From positions 105,253-169,252 of IMG/VR virus record IMGVR_UViG_3300017991_000051: a stretch of DNA of 64,000 nucleotides; one strand, 5' to 3'. The notes beneath the pieces were generated by a model. It made no database searches. It saw only the letters and a program-made list of their open reading frames with translations, and was not told where the DNA came from. The translations under genes and the position numbers were made by a program. How positions within the stretch are numbered: position 1 is the stretch's first letter; each line of letters starts with the position of its first letter. This stretch comes from a virus. Below are positions 8,579-19,205 of the stretch, in pieces.

Positions 8579-11500
8579 TTACGGGCTTACCATTAACGTT
8601 CCCGTAGCGTTTGTATAAAGCAATCCCGATGCTCCGGCAGCACTAGGAAGCGGCAGTTGGAATATAACATTATGCACGGTAGCTGTCCCGTTTACAGTTA
8701 GACGGGTTGGTGCGTTCGTTGTTCCGACACCAGTATTCCCCTGCGCCTGTGACGCTGACTCGTCCCAGTTCAAGGCGATGTGGCCAAAGCCGCTCCCCGT
8801 GTTTGTACCGGGAGCCATGTGAATGTGTGCCCCTGCTGTGTAAACTGTAGCCGTCGGGCAAGCATCTGCGGCCTCGAACACGAAGTTGCTTTGAACCTCA
8901 TCGTGATACCCGTCGGTGGCGATCACACGGAAGGCGTTCGGCATATTGTTCCTGTGGCCGTGAAGCGACATAGTAACGCCGAGGTTCTGACTCTCCTTGC
9001 CGCCATAGAGTATGAGGCTGTTCTGCGAGTTATTTCCGTCCGGTCGAATGCCATAGCCCTTTAGGTATATCGACCCAACAAGCAACGACTGGTATATCCA
9101 CGCATCACCATCCTTATCACAATTCATCCTAGTCGAACCAGAACCCGTCGTAACCTTCAATAAAACCTCGTTCACCGCTGGGTCCGCATTGTGGATATGC
9201 AGCATACAACTCGGATTATTGGTTCCGATACCCACCCAGTTCGTCGGTGATGTGCCGTACGCGTTCGTATAGTACAGATGTCCTAATGAGTTCTGCCCCC
9301 ACGTCGAGTTAGCTGAAAGATACCGTAGATTCACACACTCGAGGTCGTTTGTCGGGTCGGCCGTCAAAAGATGGTTGTCGTTCGTCCACACCATGAACTC
9401 ATCGAACCACACCGACTCATAGCGGAAGTTGGCGGTGTTGGTTCCGTGCGCCGTATAATCAGCGTTGTGGTTGTCCGACAGGACAAGCGCACCCACGAAA
9501 CCGCCGCCCTGAGATCTGCGGCCACCCATGATCTGATAAGAAGCGTCAACGTCATTCCCCTGACCGCCGATGATCGTGGCATAGTCTGAGTTTGCCGCCA
9601 TGTCATTATCATCTCCACCACCAATGACAGAGTCAGTGCAGCCGTTACCCACGCTGTGGTTACGACCGCCGCCTATCACGAGGTAGTCGGCTGTTGAGCC
9701 GATCTGGATAGACTGACCTGAGCCGATGAAGTTGTAGTCGGAGTTGATACCGCTCGACCAGCTTCGTCCGTGGTAGTTGTTGTCACTACCGTCAGCCGAT
9801 CCGTACCGTCCACTGATCCGGCAGAACTTCACCTTTGAGGTCGTTTCGTTTCTGTAACCACGAATCCATGACCACTTGGAAGCGTTGACGACGTTGGAAT
9901 GCCCGAAGACATCACACTCTTCCGCTGCGTTGCTAACAGCATTACTCTGACCACCTATCCGAGAGAAAATAACATCAGAAGCTACCGAGTGACCGCGCCC
10001 CAAGATCATGTTATTGGTTGCCGAGTTACCAGCATCGAGAACCTCTTGAAGTGTCCCAGCGCCACCGCCGCCGCCAGCAACCGCCATCGACTGGGTTACG
10101 GTGCCGTCCGCGGAGACATACAGAAGGTTTGTAGCGAGGTCACTTATCTTAGCCCCGCTCTCAAACACGAGCGAGTTGGACGCTATGTTGTATAGCGTAT
10201 TTGACATGAAGTTGAAACCTGATGCAGCTGTAATCTGGAGCATAGTTGTGCCGTCGTACATGAACTTCCAGTAGCCACCACTCGCGGCAGTCTTCTCGAT
10301 ACCGGTGTCACCGTGCGTGATTGTCGTACCAGCAACGCCGTCAAACCAGAGCTGACTCCCAGCCTGCATTGTGCCGTCACCTTTCCACGCCAAGCCCCGG
10401 AAGCCACCGCCGTATGAATGGTAGTAGAGGCCGCCGTTCCAGACGTTCATGGCCAGCGTCACGGTAATGCCGCTCCAATCAATAGCCGGCACACTTGCAC
10501 TTCCGACATACAGATCGCCACCCCGGACGCGAAGGTCCCCTTGGTTGGTCGAGATACTGCTCAATCCGCCTGCTACGGTAAACGGCGCCGTAAGCGTAAC
10601 ATTCGGCTGAAGGTTCGTGATGCCGCCGCCCCCGCCTGAGATCATGCTGTTTGTGTTCGCCCCGTCCGCCGACACGTAGAAGATATCCGTCCCCCTCGAG
10701 AAAATGCGAGAGTTATCGTCACACACCAGCATCAGGTTAGTCGACACGTTTGTAATACCGTAGCTCGACATATTGATGTTCGTCACCGCGACCTCTACAC
10801 CTACCAACGGGTTCGTGCTCACGCCGTTAGAGGACGTGTAGTAGATCTGCGTACCATCCACGGACAGCCGCGAACCGTCTACGAATTCAATCGATTCCGT
10901 GGCCACGTTCGTGATGCTGTACCCGCCAGCGTTAATATTCGTACTGGCAGGACGGTTGGCCCAGTAGTCGAAATAGGTCTTTTCCGTGATACTCCGCGTA
11001 TACAGCCGGAGGTCCCCAGACACCCTGTCCTGATAGACGATGTAAAGCACGTCGTCAATCAGTACCGAATCAAACTCGTTGTCGCAGTCGAGAGGGAGTC
11101 GCACGTACGTCATGGCGCTCACCTTGTAATCGCCACCCGCGAGTCGCGGCATCGTAAGCAGCACGAGGTCGGTGTCGGACACGGTGCCGGCACCGGTCCC
11201 GTCGTTCGGCTGGTAGAGAACGAGGACGTCGCCGTTAGTACGTACGTTTACGGAGATCGTAGCAGAGTCGGAAGGATCGGAGTCCTTGGGGCCCTTATAG
11301 GGGCTGGGAGCGAGCCCAGCGTCGTTCTGAGCGATCATGAACGACTCCCATGCCGTGTTCGTACCCTCACCAGGATACTGGAAGGCGAAGCCGAGGTTAG
11401 CGTTATCGGCCGTAATACCGTTACGGAACCAGAAGCCCTCGAAGACCGCGACCATCTGGTCGTTGTTAGTGTTACGCCCCAGCCTGACGGCGCTGAAGCC

Positions 11501-12502
11501 GAACGGGGCCTGATACGGCGAAACGCCGTTGTAGACGATCACGTTAGTAGTCGCCGGCCGCCCTCCGCTGACAGGCTGTTTCTCGTACATGATGCCGGTA
11601 TTCCGCTTCTGATAGGCGACGTGGATGTTACTGTTCTCATCGATCAGCATATCGATCGCATGCGAGTCACGACCGTCGTTCTCGCCATACACTTCAGGGG
11701 TCCCCCACGCGCCGCCGGAGCGCACATTGCGCCTGTTGTAGGTGGCTCCGCTGTTGTATCCGTTATCCTCACCCACGTGGTATAGAACGAACACGTCATC
11801 GTTGGTCTGCACCTGAATGATCTGCGGCCGTGTACCGTGCCGGGGGTTCCCGTCATCCACCTGCTCTTTCGCCAGCCACGCACCACTCTTCCGCGTATAC
11901 TGAATAGAGGTATCGCCCTTAACACCATCGAGGTTCCACGCGATGTGGGGCTGATTGTTGGTATCGATATCGATGTCGACGGTCTTCCCCTTGTAATCAT
12001 ATGCCTTCGTCTGCCCAGTATCCTCGAGGCTCCACGAGGATAGGTTGTAGACGCCGTACCGGATCGTACTCGCGTCGGAGTAGGCAAGCACGAGCCAGCC
12101 GTTGGTGTCGACAGCAACCGCCGGGGAGTAACCGGCATCGCCCACAGGCGTATCATTCGTCACGTAGACTGTCTCGAGCCCGATGTCGCGATCGTTGATA
12201 ACGCCGGAGAAGTCCTTCAGCTCAACGGAGTAGCGATTGCTGGCAGCAACCCACACGGGATCCGTCTCGAGTCCAGGAAGGCCGGCGATCGTCACGTAAT
12301 CGACCTTGGCAGTGGACCACACGGGATCCACCTCGACGCTGATACCGCCCCCGCCAGCGCCCGCGGTGTCGATCGGTCGCCCATTAACGTAGATGAAGCC
12401 GCCGCCGGTGGAAGGCTGCATTGTCGCAGACACAGCGCCTGCGAGCGCGAACAGGATCAAACTACCGACAATCAGCGGCAGTGCTTTGAATGGCCGTATC
12501 AT
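8579..12502 (-). CDS. Large fibre/adhesin-like protein with signal peptide (1307 aa)
   Basis: Hydrophobic N-terminus; propeller-like region; Gly-rich beta-roll (IGGG repeats); VGIGT...P fibre motifs. Confidence 0.65.
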   Translation of the reverse strand: MIRPFKALPLIVGSLILFALAGAVSATMQPSTGGGFIYVNGRPIDTAGAGGGGISVEVDPVWSTAKVDYVTIAGLPGLETDPVWVAASNRYSVELKDFSGVINDRDIGLETVYVTNDTPVGDAGYSPAVAVDTNGWLVLAYSDASTIRYGVYNLSSWSLEDTGQTKAYDYKGKTVDIDIDTNNQPHIAWNLDGVKGDTSIQYTRKSGAWLAKEQVDDGNPRHGTRPQIIQVQTNDDVFVLYHVGEDNGYNSGATYNRRNVRSGGAWGTPEVYGENDGRDSHAIDMLIDENSNIHVAYQKRNTGIMYEKQPVSGGRPATTNVIVYNGVSPYQAPFGFSAVRLGRNTNNDQMVAVFEGFWFRNGITADNANLGFAFQYPGEGTNTAWESFMIAQNDAGLAPSPYKGPKDSDPSDSATISVNVRTNGDVLVLYQPNDGTGAGTVSDTDLVLLTMPRLAGGDYKVSAMTYVRLPLDCDNEFDSVLIDDVLYIVYQDRVSGDLRLYTRSITEKTYFDYWANRPASTNINAGGYSITNVATESIEFVDGSRLSVDGTQIYYTSSNGVSTNPLVGVEVAVTNINMSSYGITNVSTNLMLVCDDNSRIFSRGTDIFYVSADGANTNSMISGGGGGITNLQPNVTLTAPFTVAGGLSSISTNQGDLRVRGGDLYVGSASVPAIDWSGITVTLAMNVWNGGLYYHSYGGGFRGLAWKGDGTMQAGSQLWFDGVAGTTITHGDTGIEKTAASGGYWKFMYDGTTMLQITAASGFNFMSNTLYNIASNSLVFESGAKISDLATNLLYVSADGTVTQSMAVAGGGGGAGTLQEVLDAGNSATNNMILGRGHSVASDVIFSRIGGQSNAVSNAAEECDVFGHSNVVNASKWSWIRGYRNETTSKVKFCRISGRYGSADGSDNNYHGRSWSSGINSDYNFIGSGQSIQIGSTADYLVIGGGRNHSVGNGCTDSVIGGGDDNDMAANSDYATIIGGQGNDVDASYQIMGGRRSQGGGFVGALVLSDNHNADYTAHGTNTANFRYESVWFDEFMVWTNDNHLLTADPTNDLECVNLRYLSANSTWGQNSLGHLYYTNAYGTSPTNWVGIGTNNPSCMLHIHNADPAVNEVLLKVTTGSGSTRMNCDKDGDAWIYQSLLVGSIYLKGYGIRPDGNNSQNSLILYGGKESQNLGVTMSLHGHRNNMPNAFRVIATDGYHDEVQSNFVFEAADACPTATVYTAGAHIHMAPGTNTGSGFGHIALNWDESASQAQGNTGVGTTNAPTRLTVNGTATVHNVIFQLPLPSAAGASGLLYTNATGTLMVSP

Positions 12503-12517
12503 GGTCTTGCTCCGTAG

Positions 12518-15500
12518 CTACTTAACTTTTTCAACGATCAGCGACAGATCAGTAAACTCCAACTGTCGTGCGCCGGCAAACGTATTGTATAATCGAATGT
12601 CAAGAACGTCACCATCTGCTAGGTCAACAATGCGTTGCCCAGAAATGCACTGAGCCTCACCGGTATCAATAAACTGTCGCCCACCTATACGTCCGAGCTT
12701 CACACCGTCCTTATACGCATACACCTCGATGACGGTGGTCGCATCCGTATCCAAGCTGCCCGACAGTGTCAACCTGTTCTGACCGGCGCTCGTAGCGCTC
12801 ACAGTGATATTCGACGTGCTGACAGTATACCCGTCGGAGAAGCCCGCTGACAAGTTCGTTATGATGATCGTAGACGTCGCCCCAACGTTCTGCGTGCTCA
12901 CGTACGTCGTACCCAGCTCACATATGTCGAAGACGTTGGTCAGCGTCTGGTAATTGACCGCCTGCTTGCCGCTCGACGCGTCCTCAACCTCCGTGGGGGA
13001 CCCGACCAAGTAGAAGCCGTTGGTCATTCTCACGAGGAACTCTGAATCCTGCACCGATGTCATGAAGTTCCCGCCGTCGCCGTTCCAGTAGAAACCACGG
13101 TCGTGCTTGTTCAGAACCTCAACGCCCCTGCCGCCGACGAACACGTTATCCCCGCGGTTGGTAAGTCCACGGCCAACCATGAACGACTCGGTACCGTTGT
13201 CGTAGATACGACTTCCGAACGCCGCGCTCCTGTCCGCCGTTCCGGTCATAGTAATGGTATTTCCGCTCGCGAACGAGTCGGTGGCCTGCATTGAAATGGT
13301 ATCACCACCGGCAGCACTGTTGTCACCACCGCTCGTGAACGTGACGAAGCGACCCCATATAACGTTCCGGCTGGAATCAACGCTCTGATTGGACCCAACC
13401 ACAAGCCCCTGATTCGCACCGCTGTTCGCCGTGAGGGTGTTCCCAGCCATCACCATCGCAAAGGCGCTCGCGTGTATGGAGCCGCCAGCCGACCGCAGCA
13501 GGATTACGCTGTTGGAGCTGGCGATATTGCCGCCGTCTAAGCACGATTGCAGGTTGCTGACCGACCCACCAGCGCTGGTAAGGAATCCTGCGTCGTTGTT
13601 GTAGGTCGACAGGTTGGTGGATGTCCCAGCCGTACCGACCACGATATACGCATTGGTCTCGCCGTTTGTCGCAACCATGCTGATATTCGTACCATCGGAC
13701 GTGATCCTCGAGCCGTCCGTGAACTCCAAGGACGAGGGCGCGATGTTGATGATGCTCTTGCCCTTCACATCGATCACGTCGTTGCTCCACGAGAGCATGA
13801 CCGTCGAGCCATCAGTATCACGCAACTCACGGTCCTCCCAGTCGATAGCAATCGCCGGCGTGGAGTCAGACAGATGACGGCTATCCCACTCAATCGATTC
13901 ATTGAAGCTGTCATCGTACGCGGTGGTGAGGTTCCAATCCATGACGATCGATGGGCCCGATACTTGGTAGAGGTACCGGTTGTTCCAGTCGAAAGAGGCA
14001 ACGCCATTGGCGTCGAAGCTCTGCTGCTCATCCCAGTCCGTCACGATCGTCGTACCGTCCGCATCGTAACACTCGCGGTTCTGCCAATCGAGTGCGTCGT
14101 TGCCCGCTGTATCGTAGGCCACCTGCGTATCCCAATCCAGCACGATGGAGGTGCCGTCCGCATCCATTGCCTGCCGGTTCTGGTAATCGATTGCCGCATT
14201 CTCCGAGCTGTCAATAAGCTCACGCACTTCCCACCAGATCGAAGTATTGCCGGACGTATCGTAAGCGGCCGCATTGAACCAATCTACAATCTCGACCCCG
14301 ACGCTGTCATACAGCTTCATCGCCTTCGGGTCCATCCGGTTGGTCAGGTTCAGCCCCTCGATGTAATAGGAGCCCTCTCCCACGTACACGTGCCGGAAGG
14401 GCCTGTCAACGGATCCCGCATCCAGCGTGTTGCTGGTTGCAGGTAGCAGATGTTTGTTGAGCTGTACGGCGCTGTTCGAATACGAGAACACCTTAGTTAA
14501 ACCATCCTCGGCGTAGAACGTACGCTCATCCCATTCGAAACAGTTGAAGCCGCCTGCGTCATATGCCGTCCTGTTCGGCCAATCGATGGCCAAGTTGCCG
14601 GACGCATCGTTCAGGTAGCCATCATCCCACTCAACCATCTCGTTCGTGTAGCCGTCGAAGAGACCCATATTCTCGTAGTCGATGGTGTAACCGCCGGAGT
14701 CCTTGAATGCGCGCCGGTTGATGACGTGAATGCTGTAGTCCTCATCATCGTCGTAGATGATTCCATTCTGCCAGTCGTAGGCCTTACCGACCGCGACCCC
14801 GAGACGGTAGAGTATCTTGTTTTCCCAGTCCAGTGACTGTTCGGTAACGACGGATGTGTAAAGCTTCCGGTTGGACGCATCCACGTTCAGCGGCGTATCG
14901 AGAACGAAGTTGGTGCCGCCGACGGAGATGCTGCCGTTAGTAAGCCGTAGATCTGTGAAGACCTGGAAGAGATTATTCGACCACGCGAAGATCTTGGTTG
15001 TGCCGTTTTCCGCGTAACCTTCCCGGCCGTCCCAATTCAGCGACGTATCTTGACCAGCGTCATTCAACGCCATGATATCCCAATCGAGGACAATGCTCCC
15101 GTTGTCATCCAGCAGGTTCTGCAAACCCCAGTCTATGATGGTGGTTGTCCCGTCCGTTTCGTACATCCTACGCAAGCCGTAATCGATGGACAGCGCAGGG
15201 GTAGTATCTGACAACTGCCTTTGTGACCAGTCCAAGGACACGTCCTGATCCCCGTCGTTCAGGACCATCGTAAGCCAGTCAAGCACGATGTCACCGCCAG
15301 CATCAAACGCGGTTCCAAGGTTCCAGTCCAACGTGGCGACGCCGCCCGCCGTATATAACGTCATCGCCTTCGGATCCATCCGGTTCGTCAGGTTCAGGCC
15401 TTCGATGTAATAGGAACCGGGCCCAACATACACGTGCTTCACTGGGTTATCGATGGAGCCGATGTTCACGACGTTACTGGCCCACGGGATCAGGTTGGAG

Positions 15501-16852
15501 TGCAGTGTGATCGACGTATCGTTCGTCCACGACAGCATCGGAGCCCCGTTGGTCCCGATCAGCGTCTTGTTCGGTAGATCCAGCCCCTCGACGTACAGCA
15601 CGCGATAAATAGAGTTGGAGTCCGCATAAGTAACCTGCAGGTCCGGGTCCACGCGTCGCGGGTTGTACATGGAATACCCGACATCCATGGTACAGCTTGC
15701 TTGGAAGCCGGTGATGACACCCGTTATCTCACAATCCCTTATCACGAGATCGCTGTTAATATTCTCCGGGATGGCGAGGCCTAAGATATGGCCGTTCAGC
15801 GTGCACTCGATCAACGTCAGGGACCCGTTATCAGATAGTGAGAAACAGTCAGTCGCTCCGTTGATCGTCATGTACGCAAAGGTGTTCGTATAGTTGATTG
15901 TCAACTCGGCCGGCGCCGGGAGGTTGACAGTTGTCGCATCCCGACCGGCGCCTACGACGGTCACGTCAGCACCGATGGAAGGCGTAAGTGTTCCGTATAT
16001 GCCAGGCCCGACGGCCACAATATCGTTGGCTACAGCCGCGTTCAGAGCGCTGGTGAGGTTAGTTCCATACCCAGCCTTGAAGTCGCCAGTATGGGCATAG
16101 ATCTTGATGCCGTGAGCGTTGTTGGTGATGAGAGACATAATGCTCTCGCCGCCGAGAAAGAGGTTGTTGAAGTAACCGGCGTTGAACGGCCGGTCACGGC
16201 GCCCGACGCTGAGCGTATTGCTCGTAGCGGGGAAGAAGTTCATCCCCGTCAGGAAGACACCGGACGTCGATATCGTCATGTACTCCGAAACGTTCGCATT
16301 GAACAGGCGTATCTCGCTGTCGACATTCGTACTCGTACCCAAGTACAGGTCGCCGTGGTCCGTATGATCAGCAGAGTACAGGAATATATATGCTCCCGCG
16401 TTCTGTGCCGCACCCACCGGCGGAAACTTGAGATCGAGGCGGCCACCCACCGGACCCCATATGACGCTGTCCGCGTCCGTGAAGTACAGTTCATTAACGT
16501 TGGTGATGCCCTGTGAGTTAATGTCAACGGGCGCAAGTGCCGGATAGAAAGCCCACTGGGCAACAGCGTTCGTCAAACCGTTGGTAACGGACTGCCAGTT
16601 GGCAGCGTCGGTCGGGTTCACCGGATCGCCAAGGTTGAGGATCCGGAAGTTGGCCATATTCACGTTCTGGATCGCCGGCTTCGTCGACCATTCGGTGGCC
16701 ACGCCGCCGGCCTTGACCTTGTTGAAGTTCCGATTGAGTTTGTTCCGAACCTGCGTCATCGTATCATTCGGACGGATCGGTTCGAAATTGACCGCCCATA
16801 CGGCGGTGGCCAACAGGGCGGCAATGGCAGCAACACTGATAAACTTCTTCAT
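12518..16852 (-). CDS. Large fibre/adhesin-like repeat protein with signal peptide (1444 aa)
   Basis: MKKFISVAAIAALLATAVWA; pectin-lyase-like segment; many DW-x-x-R-x-x-YD repeats; YadA-like head region. Confidence 0.65.
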   Translation of the reverse strand: MKKFISVAAIAALLATAVWAVNFEPIRPNDTMTQVRNKLNRNFNKVKAGGVATEWSTKPAIQNVNMANFRILNLGDPVNPTDAANWQSVTNGLTNAVAQWAFYPALAPVDINSQGITNVNELYFTDADSVIWGPVGGRLDLKFPPVGAAQNAGAYIFLYSADHTDHGDLYLGTSTNVDSEIRLFNANVSEYMTISTSGVFLTGMNFFPATSNTLSVGRRDRPFNAGYFNNLFLGGESIMSLITNNAHGIKIYAHTGDFKAGYGTNLTSALNAAVANDIVAVGPGIYGTLTPSIGADVTVVGAGRDATTVNLPAPAELTINYTNTFAYMTINGATDCFSLSDNGSLTLIECTLNGHILGLAIPENINSDLVIRDCEITGVITGFQASCTMDVGYSMYNPRRVDPDLQVTYADSNSIYRVLYVEGLDLPNKTLIGTNGAPMLSWTNDTSITLHSNLIPWASNVVNIGSIDNPVKHVYVGPGSYYIEGLNLTNRMDPKAMTLYTAGGVATLDWNLGTAFDAGGDIVLDWLTMVLNDGDQDVSLDWSQRQLSDTTPALSIDYGLRRMYETDGTTTIIDWGLQNLLDDNGSIVLDWDIMALNDAGQDTSLNWDGREGYAENGTTKIFAWSNNLFQVFTDLRLTNGSISVGGTNFVLDTPLNVDASNRKLYTSVVTEQSLDWENKILYRLGVAVGKAYDWQNGIIYDDDEDYSIHVINRRAFKDSGGYTIDYENMGLFDGYTNEMVEWDDGYLNDASGNLAIDWPNRTAYDAGGFNCFEWDERTFYAEDGLTKVFSYSNSAVQLNKHLLPATSNTLDAGSVDRPFRHVYVGEGSYYIEGLNLTNRMDPKAMKLYDSVGVEIVDWFNAAAYDTSGNTSIWWEVRELIDSSENAAIDYQNRQAMDADGTSIVLDWDTQVAYDTAGNDALDWQNRECYDADGTTIVTDWDEQQSFDANGVASFDWNNRYLYQVSGPSIVMDWNLTTAYDDSFNESIEWDSRHLSDSTPAIAIDWEDRELRDTDGSTVMLSWSNDVIDVKGKSIINIAPSSLEFTDGSRITSDGTNISMVATNGETNAYIVVGTAGTSTNLSTYNNDAGFLTSAGGSVSNLQSCLDGGNIASSNSVILLRSAGGSIHASAFAMVMAGNTLTANSGANQGLVVGSNQSVDSSRNVIWGRFVTFTSGGDNSAAGGDTISMQATDSFASGNTITMTGTADRSAAFGSRIYDNGTESFMVGRGLTNRGDNVFVGGRGVEVLNKHDRGFYWNGDGGNFMTSVQDSEFLVRMTNGFYLVGSPTEVEDASSGKQAVNYQTLTNVFDICELGTTYVSTQNVGATSTIIITNLSAGFSDGYTVSTSNITVSATSAGQNRLTLSGSLDTDATTVIEVYAYKDGVKLGRIGGRQFIDTGEAQCISGQRIVDLADGDVLDIRLYNTFAGARQLEFTDLSLIVEKVK

Positions 16853-16864
16853 TCCTATCTCCCC

Positions 16865-17680
16865 CTAGCTGGAGCTTGATTCATGATCTTCAGGTCTCTC
16901 TAAACTGTACACTATATCCGTTGTAGGAGCAAGCCTCAGTTCCACGGGATCGAAGATGAACGGGATGTCCCGGAAGTTGATTTCCTTCACCCGCTGCACG
17001 ATGTACCGCTGATCCGAATCATACTTGATCCACACGTCCCCCGTGTCCAGCCAAGGACAGTTCAAGGCCCTCACAGGCCGCACACGGTCCTCGATGACCC
17101 CCTGACCCTCCGGCTGCGTCGTCGTCCGCCTGTTGACCCCCTGCGTGCTGTCAGCGACCCAGTAAACGAGGGGATCGAAGTAGCCGGCGACGAAGCCGGT
17201 GCCGAAGCAGTCCGGGCAGTGCGCGTTCTTCACCTCGCCGGTATCGTAGTCGAGGCAGGTGGGACATTGTGTACCCCACCGCTTCCTCTTATAGAGGTAG
17301 CCGCACATACCGGCGTACTTCTGAAGCCGGAGGGTCTCCTTCCGGATGATCTCACGGTAGATGGGTAGGTCATGGTCCGACAAGTTGCCGACCATCTGCT
17401 TGTCCTCCGAATCGTAATTCACGCCATCGGCGGTCATACGTATCCGGTAGTACAGCCGCGGTGCCTTCCCGTACAGACGCCAGTTGGGGTCCTCAGCGAT
17501 GTACTGGTCGGTTACCGTCGTAACGGTCTCCCAGGCACCGGCTGTGGTGCGGGAGACCATTACGCGGAAGGTGAGAGGACCTGTCGATCTGAACATGGGA
17601 TGGAGATCCCATGCCAACAGCGCGCCGCCACGCATGCGGTAGTATACTTCAAACCTATTGAATACAGGAATGTCTGCCAT
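16865..17680 (-). CDS. Neck / head-tail adaptor protein with Zn-binding CxxC pairs
   Basis: CPTC...CPDCFGTGF, as in large-myophage neck proteins; position downstream of the capsid genes. Confidence 0.6.
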   Translation of the reverse strand: MADIPVFNRFEVYYRMRGGALLAWDLHPMFRSTGPLTFRVMVSRTTAGAWETVTTVTDQYIAEDPNWRLYGKAPRLYYRIRMTADGVNYDSEDKQMVGNLSDHDLPIYREIIRKETLRLQKYAGMCGYLYKRKRWGTQCPTCLDYDTGEVKNAHCPDCFGTGFVAGYFDPLVYWVADSTQGVNRRTTTQPEGQGVIEDRVRPVRALNCPWLDTGDVWIKYDSDQRYIVQRVKEINFRDIPFIFDPVELRLAPTTDIVYSLERPEDHESSSS

Positions 17681-17724
17681 CGTACCCGCCCGTAAATTGT
17701 GTAGCACGCTACACGGTTCGTCGC

Positions 17725-18621
17725 TTACCAGCGCGTCGAGTACGTGTAGCCGGAGCCCATTGTACCAAAACCGCCCTCGATGTTCATCTCGATTTTGCGC
17801 TCCTTCACGAACTGGCGCCAGTCGGCCAGCAACTGATTCGCCAGCTCAACGTATATCTTCGCCTTGTCCCTGTCACTGACCGTTACTCCGCCCGCCACGT
17901 AGTTCAGGTGATCCCGGGCGTACCCGCGCGCCGCGATCTCCATGAGGTAGCCGGCGGTTGCCCGCAGCCAGTGAAAACGCCATGGGAATGTTCTCGGCGA
18001 GTACGTCGTCTTCGGTTGGTACTTCTCATTGAACTCGTCAATAGGAAGCCGCATACACGCCACGATCTGAGAGTCGTTGAATTCGAAATCGTCCAGCAGG
18101 AAGTTCTGCTCTGGGCACGAATCGCGCAGGATGAGCCGCACCTCCGGAATCGTGATCGGGCCCGTGGAGGTCACGTTGAGCGACGGGTTGAACACTGCCC
18201 AGTACGGCGTATTCCATATCAGATCATCAGCTGCGTTGAATACCTGTACCTGCGCAACGAAGATGCCGGCGAAACGGGTCTGCGTCGGCGTCAGCTTGGC
18301 TAGAACGATACCCTGCGCCGCGTCGGTAATCTCGCAGGTAACGTTGAAGATGGGGAGGGAGCTGACCTCGCGGTCCTTGATAATGAACTTGACCGTAAAG
18401 GAGCCGGTGGAAAGATCCACAGCGGCTCCATTACGATCCATCACGTAGAGCTTGAAATTGGTCTTCTGACATTGGTATGTCTGAACAACGGGCCGATCGC
18501 CGAAACACTTGCTCCGGCCCATGTCGACGGTTTCGTGCGCAAGGTCATCGGACCCGCGGTTACCCGCAAACTGATCCTGGCTCCCTGTTGGGGATATCGA
18601 TCCCTGATCGCATGCCGTCAT
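17725..18621 (-). CDS. Virion neck/adaptor protein (BppU-like N-domain plus helical adaptor domain)
   Basis: GAAVDLS...ITDAAQGIV...QVQV pattern; synteny. Confidence 0.5.
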   Translation of the reverse strand: MTACDQGSISPTGSQDQFAGNRGSDDLAHETVDMGRSKCFGDRPVVQTYQCQKTNFKLYVMDRNGAAVDLSTGSFTVKFIIKDREVSSLPIFNVTCEITDAAQGIVLAKLTPTQTRFAGIFVAQVQVFNAADDLIWNTPYWAVFNPSLNVTSTGPITIPEVRLILRDSCPEQNFLLDDFEFNDSQIVACMRLPIDEFNEKYQPKTTYSPRTFPWRFHWLRATAGYLMEIAARGYARDHLNYVAGGVTVSDRDKAKIYVELANQLLADWRQFVKERKIEMNIEGGFGTMGSGYTYSTRW

Positions 18622-18645
18622 GATTCATAACCCCGTGACACGACC

Positions 18646-19179
18646 CTAAACGGTGTGCTCCTCGAGTATGTCAATCTGCCCGCCGTTGATGAAGTTGACC
18701 GTGACCTTGTACTTGGTGTTAGGAATGTTTCGCAGGGTGATCAACGTATCAGTCAAAACACTCTGTTCGTGCATCAGGCACCAGCGACCATCGATCTCGG
18801 TCGTATCCAGCGGACCGCCCCACGCCCATACGCGGATATCCGCATGGCACCGCTCATCCATTTCGCCCAGCAAACCGTCAACCAGTCCCTGGAAGGATGC
18901 CGCGCAAACGCCGGGATCGCCGGCGTCCTCAGGCGGTGTGTAGTAGACATACAGTTCAAGGTGCCCGTTATACGCCCGGGCAGCAACCTCATGCTTCGGA
19001 GTATCACCGGAGATCGCGGTCATCTGCTCGGAGTAGTGTAACTTCGAGCTGTCGATGTCCAACCTGATCTCGGGGATGCTACCAGCATCCGGGGTTGCAT
19101 CCGCGGCCACAAGGCCCTGCCGATAAACGACCCGCTCGGTCAGGTAGGTCATGTCAAAAGTTGTGTTCCTACCAGCCAC
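18646..19179 (-). CDS. Hypothetical virion protein
   Basis: 177 aa with GGAGG SD, inside the structural operon. Confidence 0.6.
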   Translation of the reverse strand: MAGRNTTFDMTYLTERVVYRQGLVAADATPDAGSIPEIRLDIDSSKLHYSEQMTAISGDTPKHEVAARAYNGHLELYVYYTPPEDAGDPGVCAASFQGLVDGLLGEMDERCHADIRVWAWGGPLDTTEIDGRWCLMHEQSVLTDTLITLRNIPNTKYKVTVNFINGGQIDILEEHTV

Positions 19180-19205
19180 AAAACACCTCCGAATCGGTTC
19201 CTACC

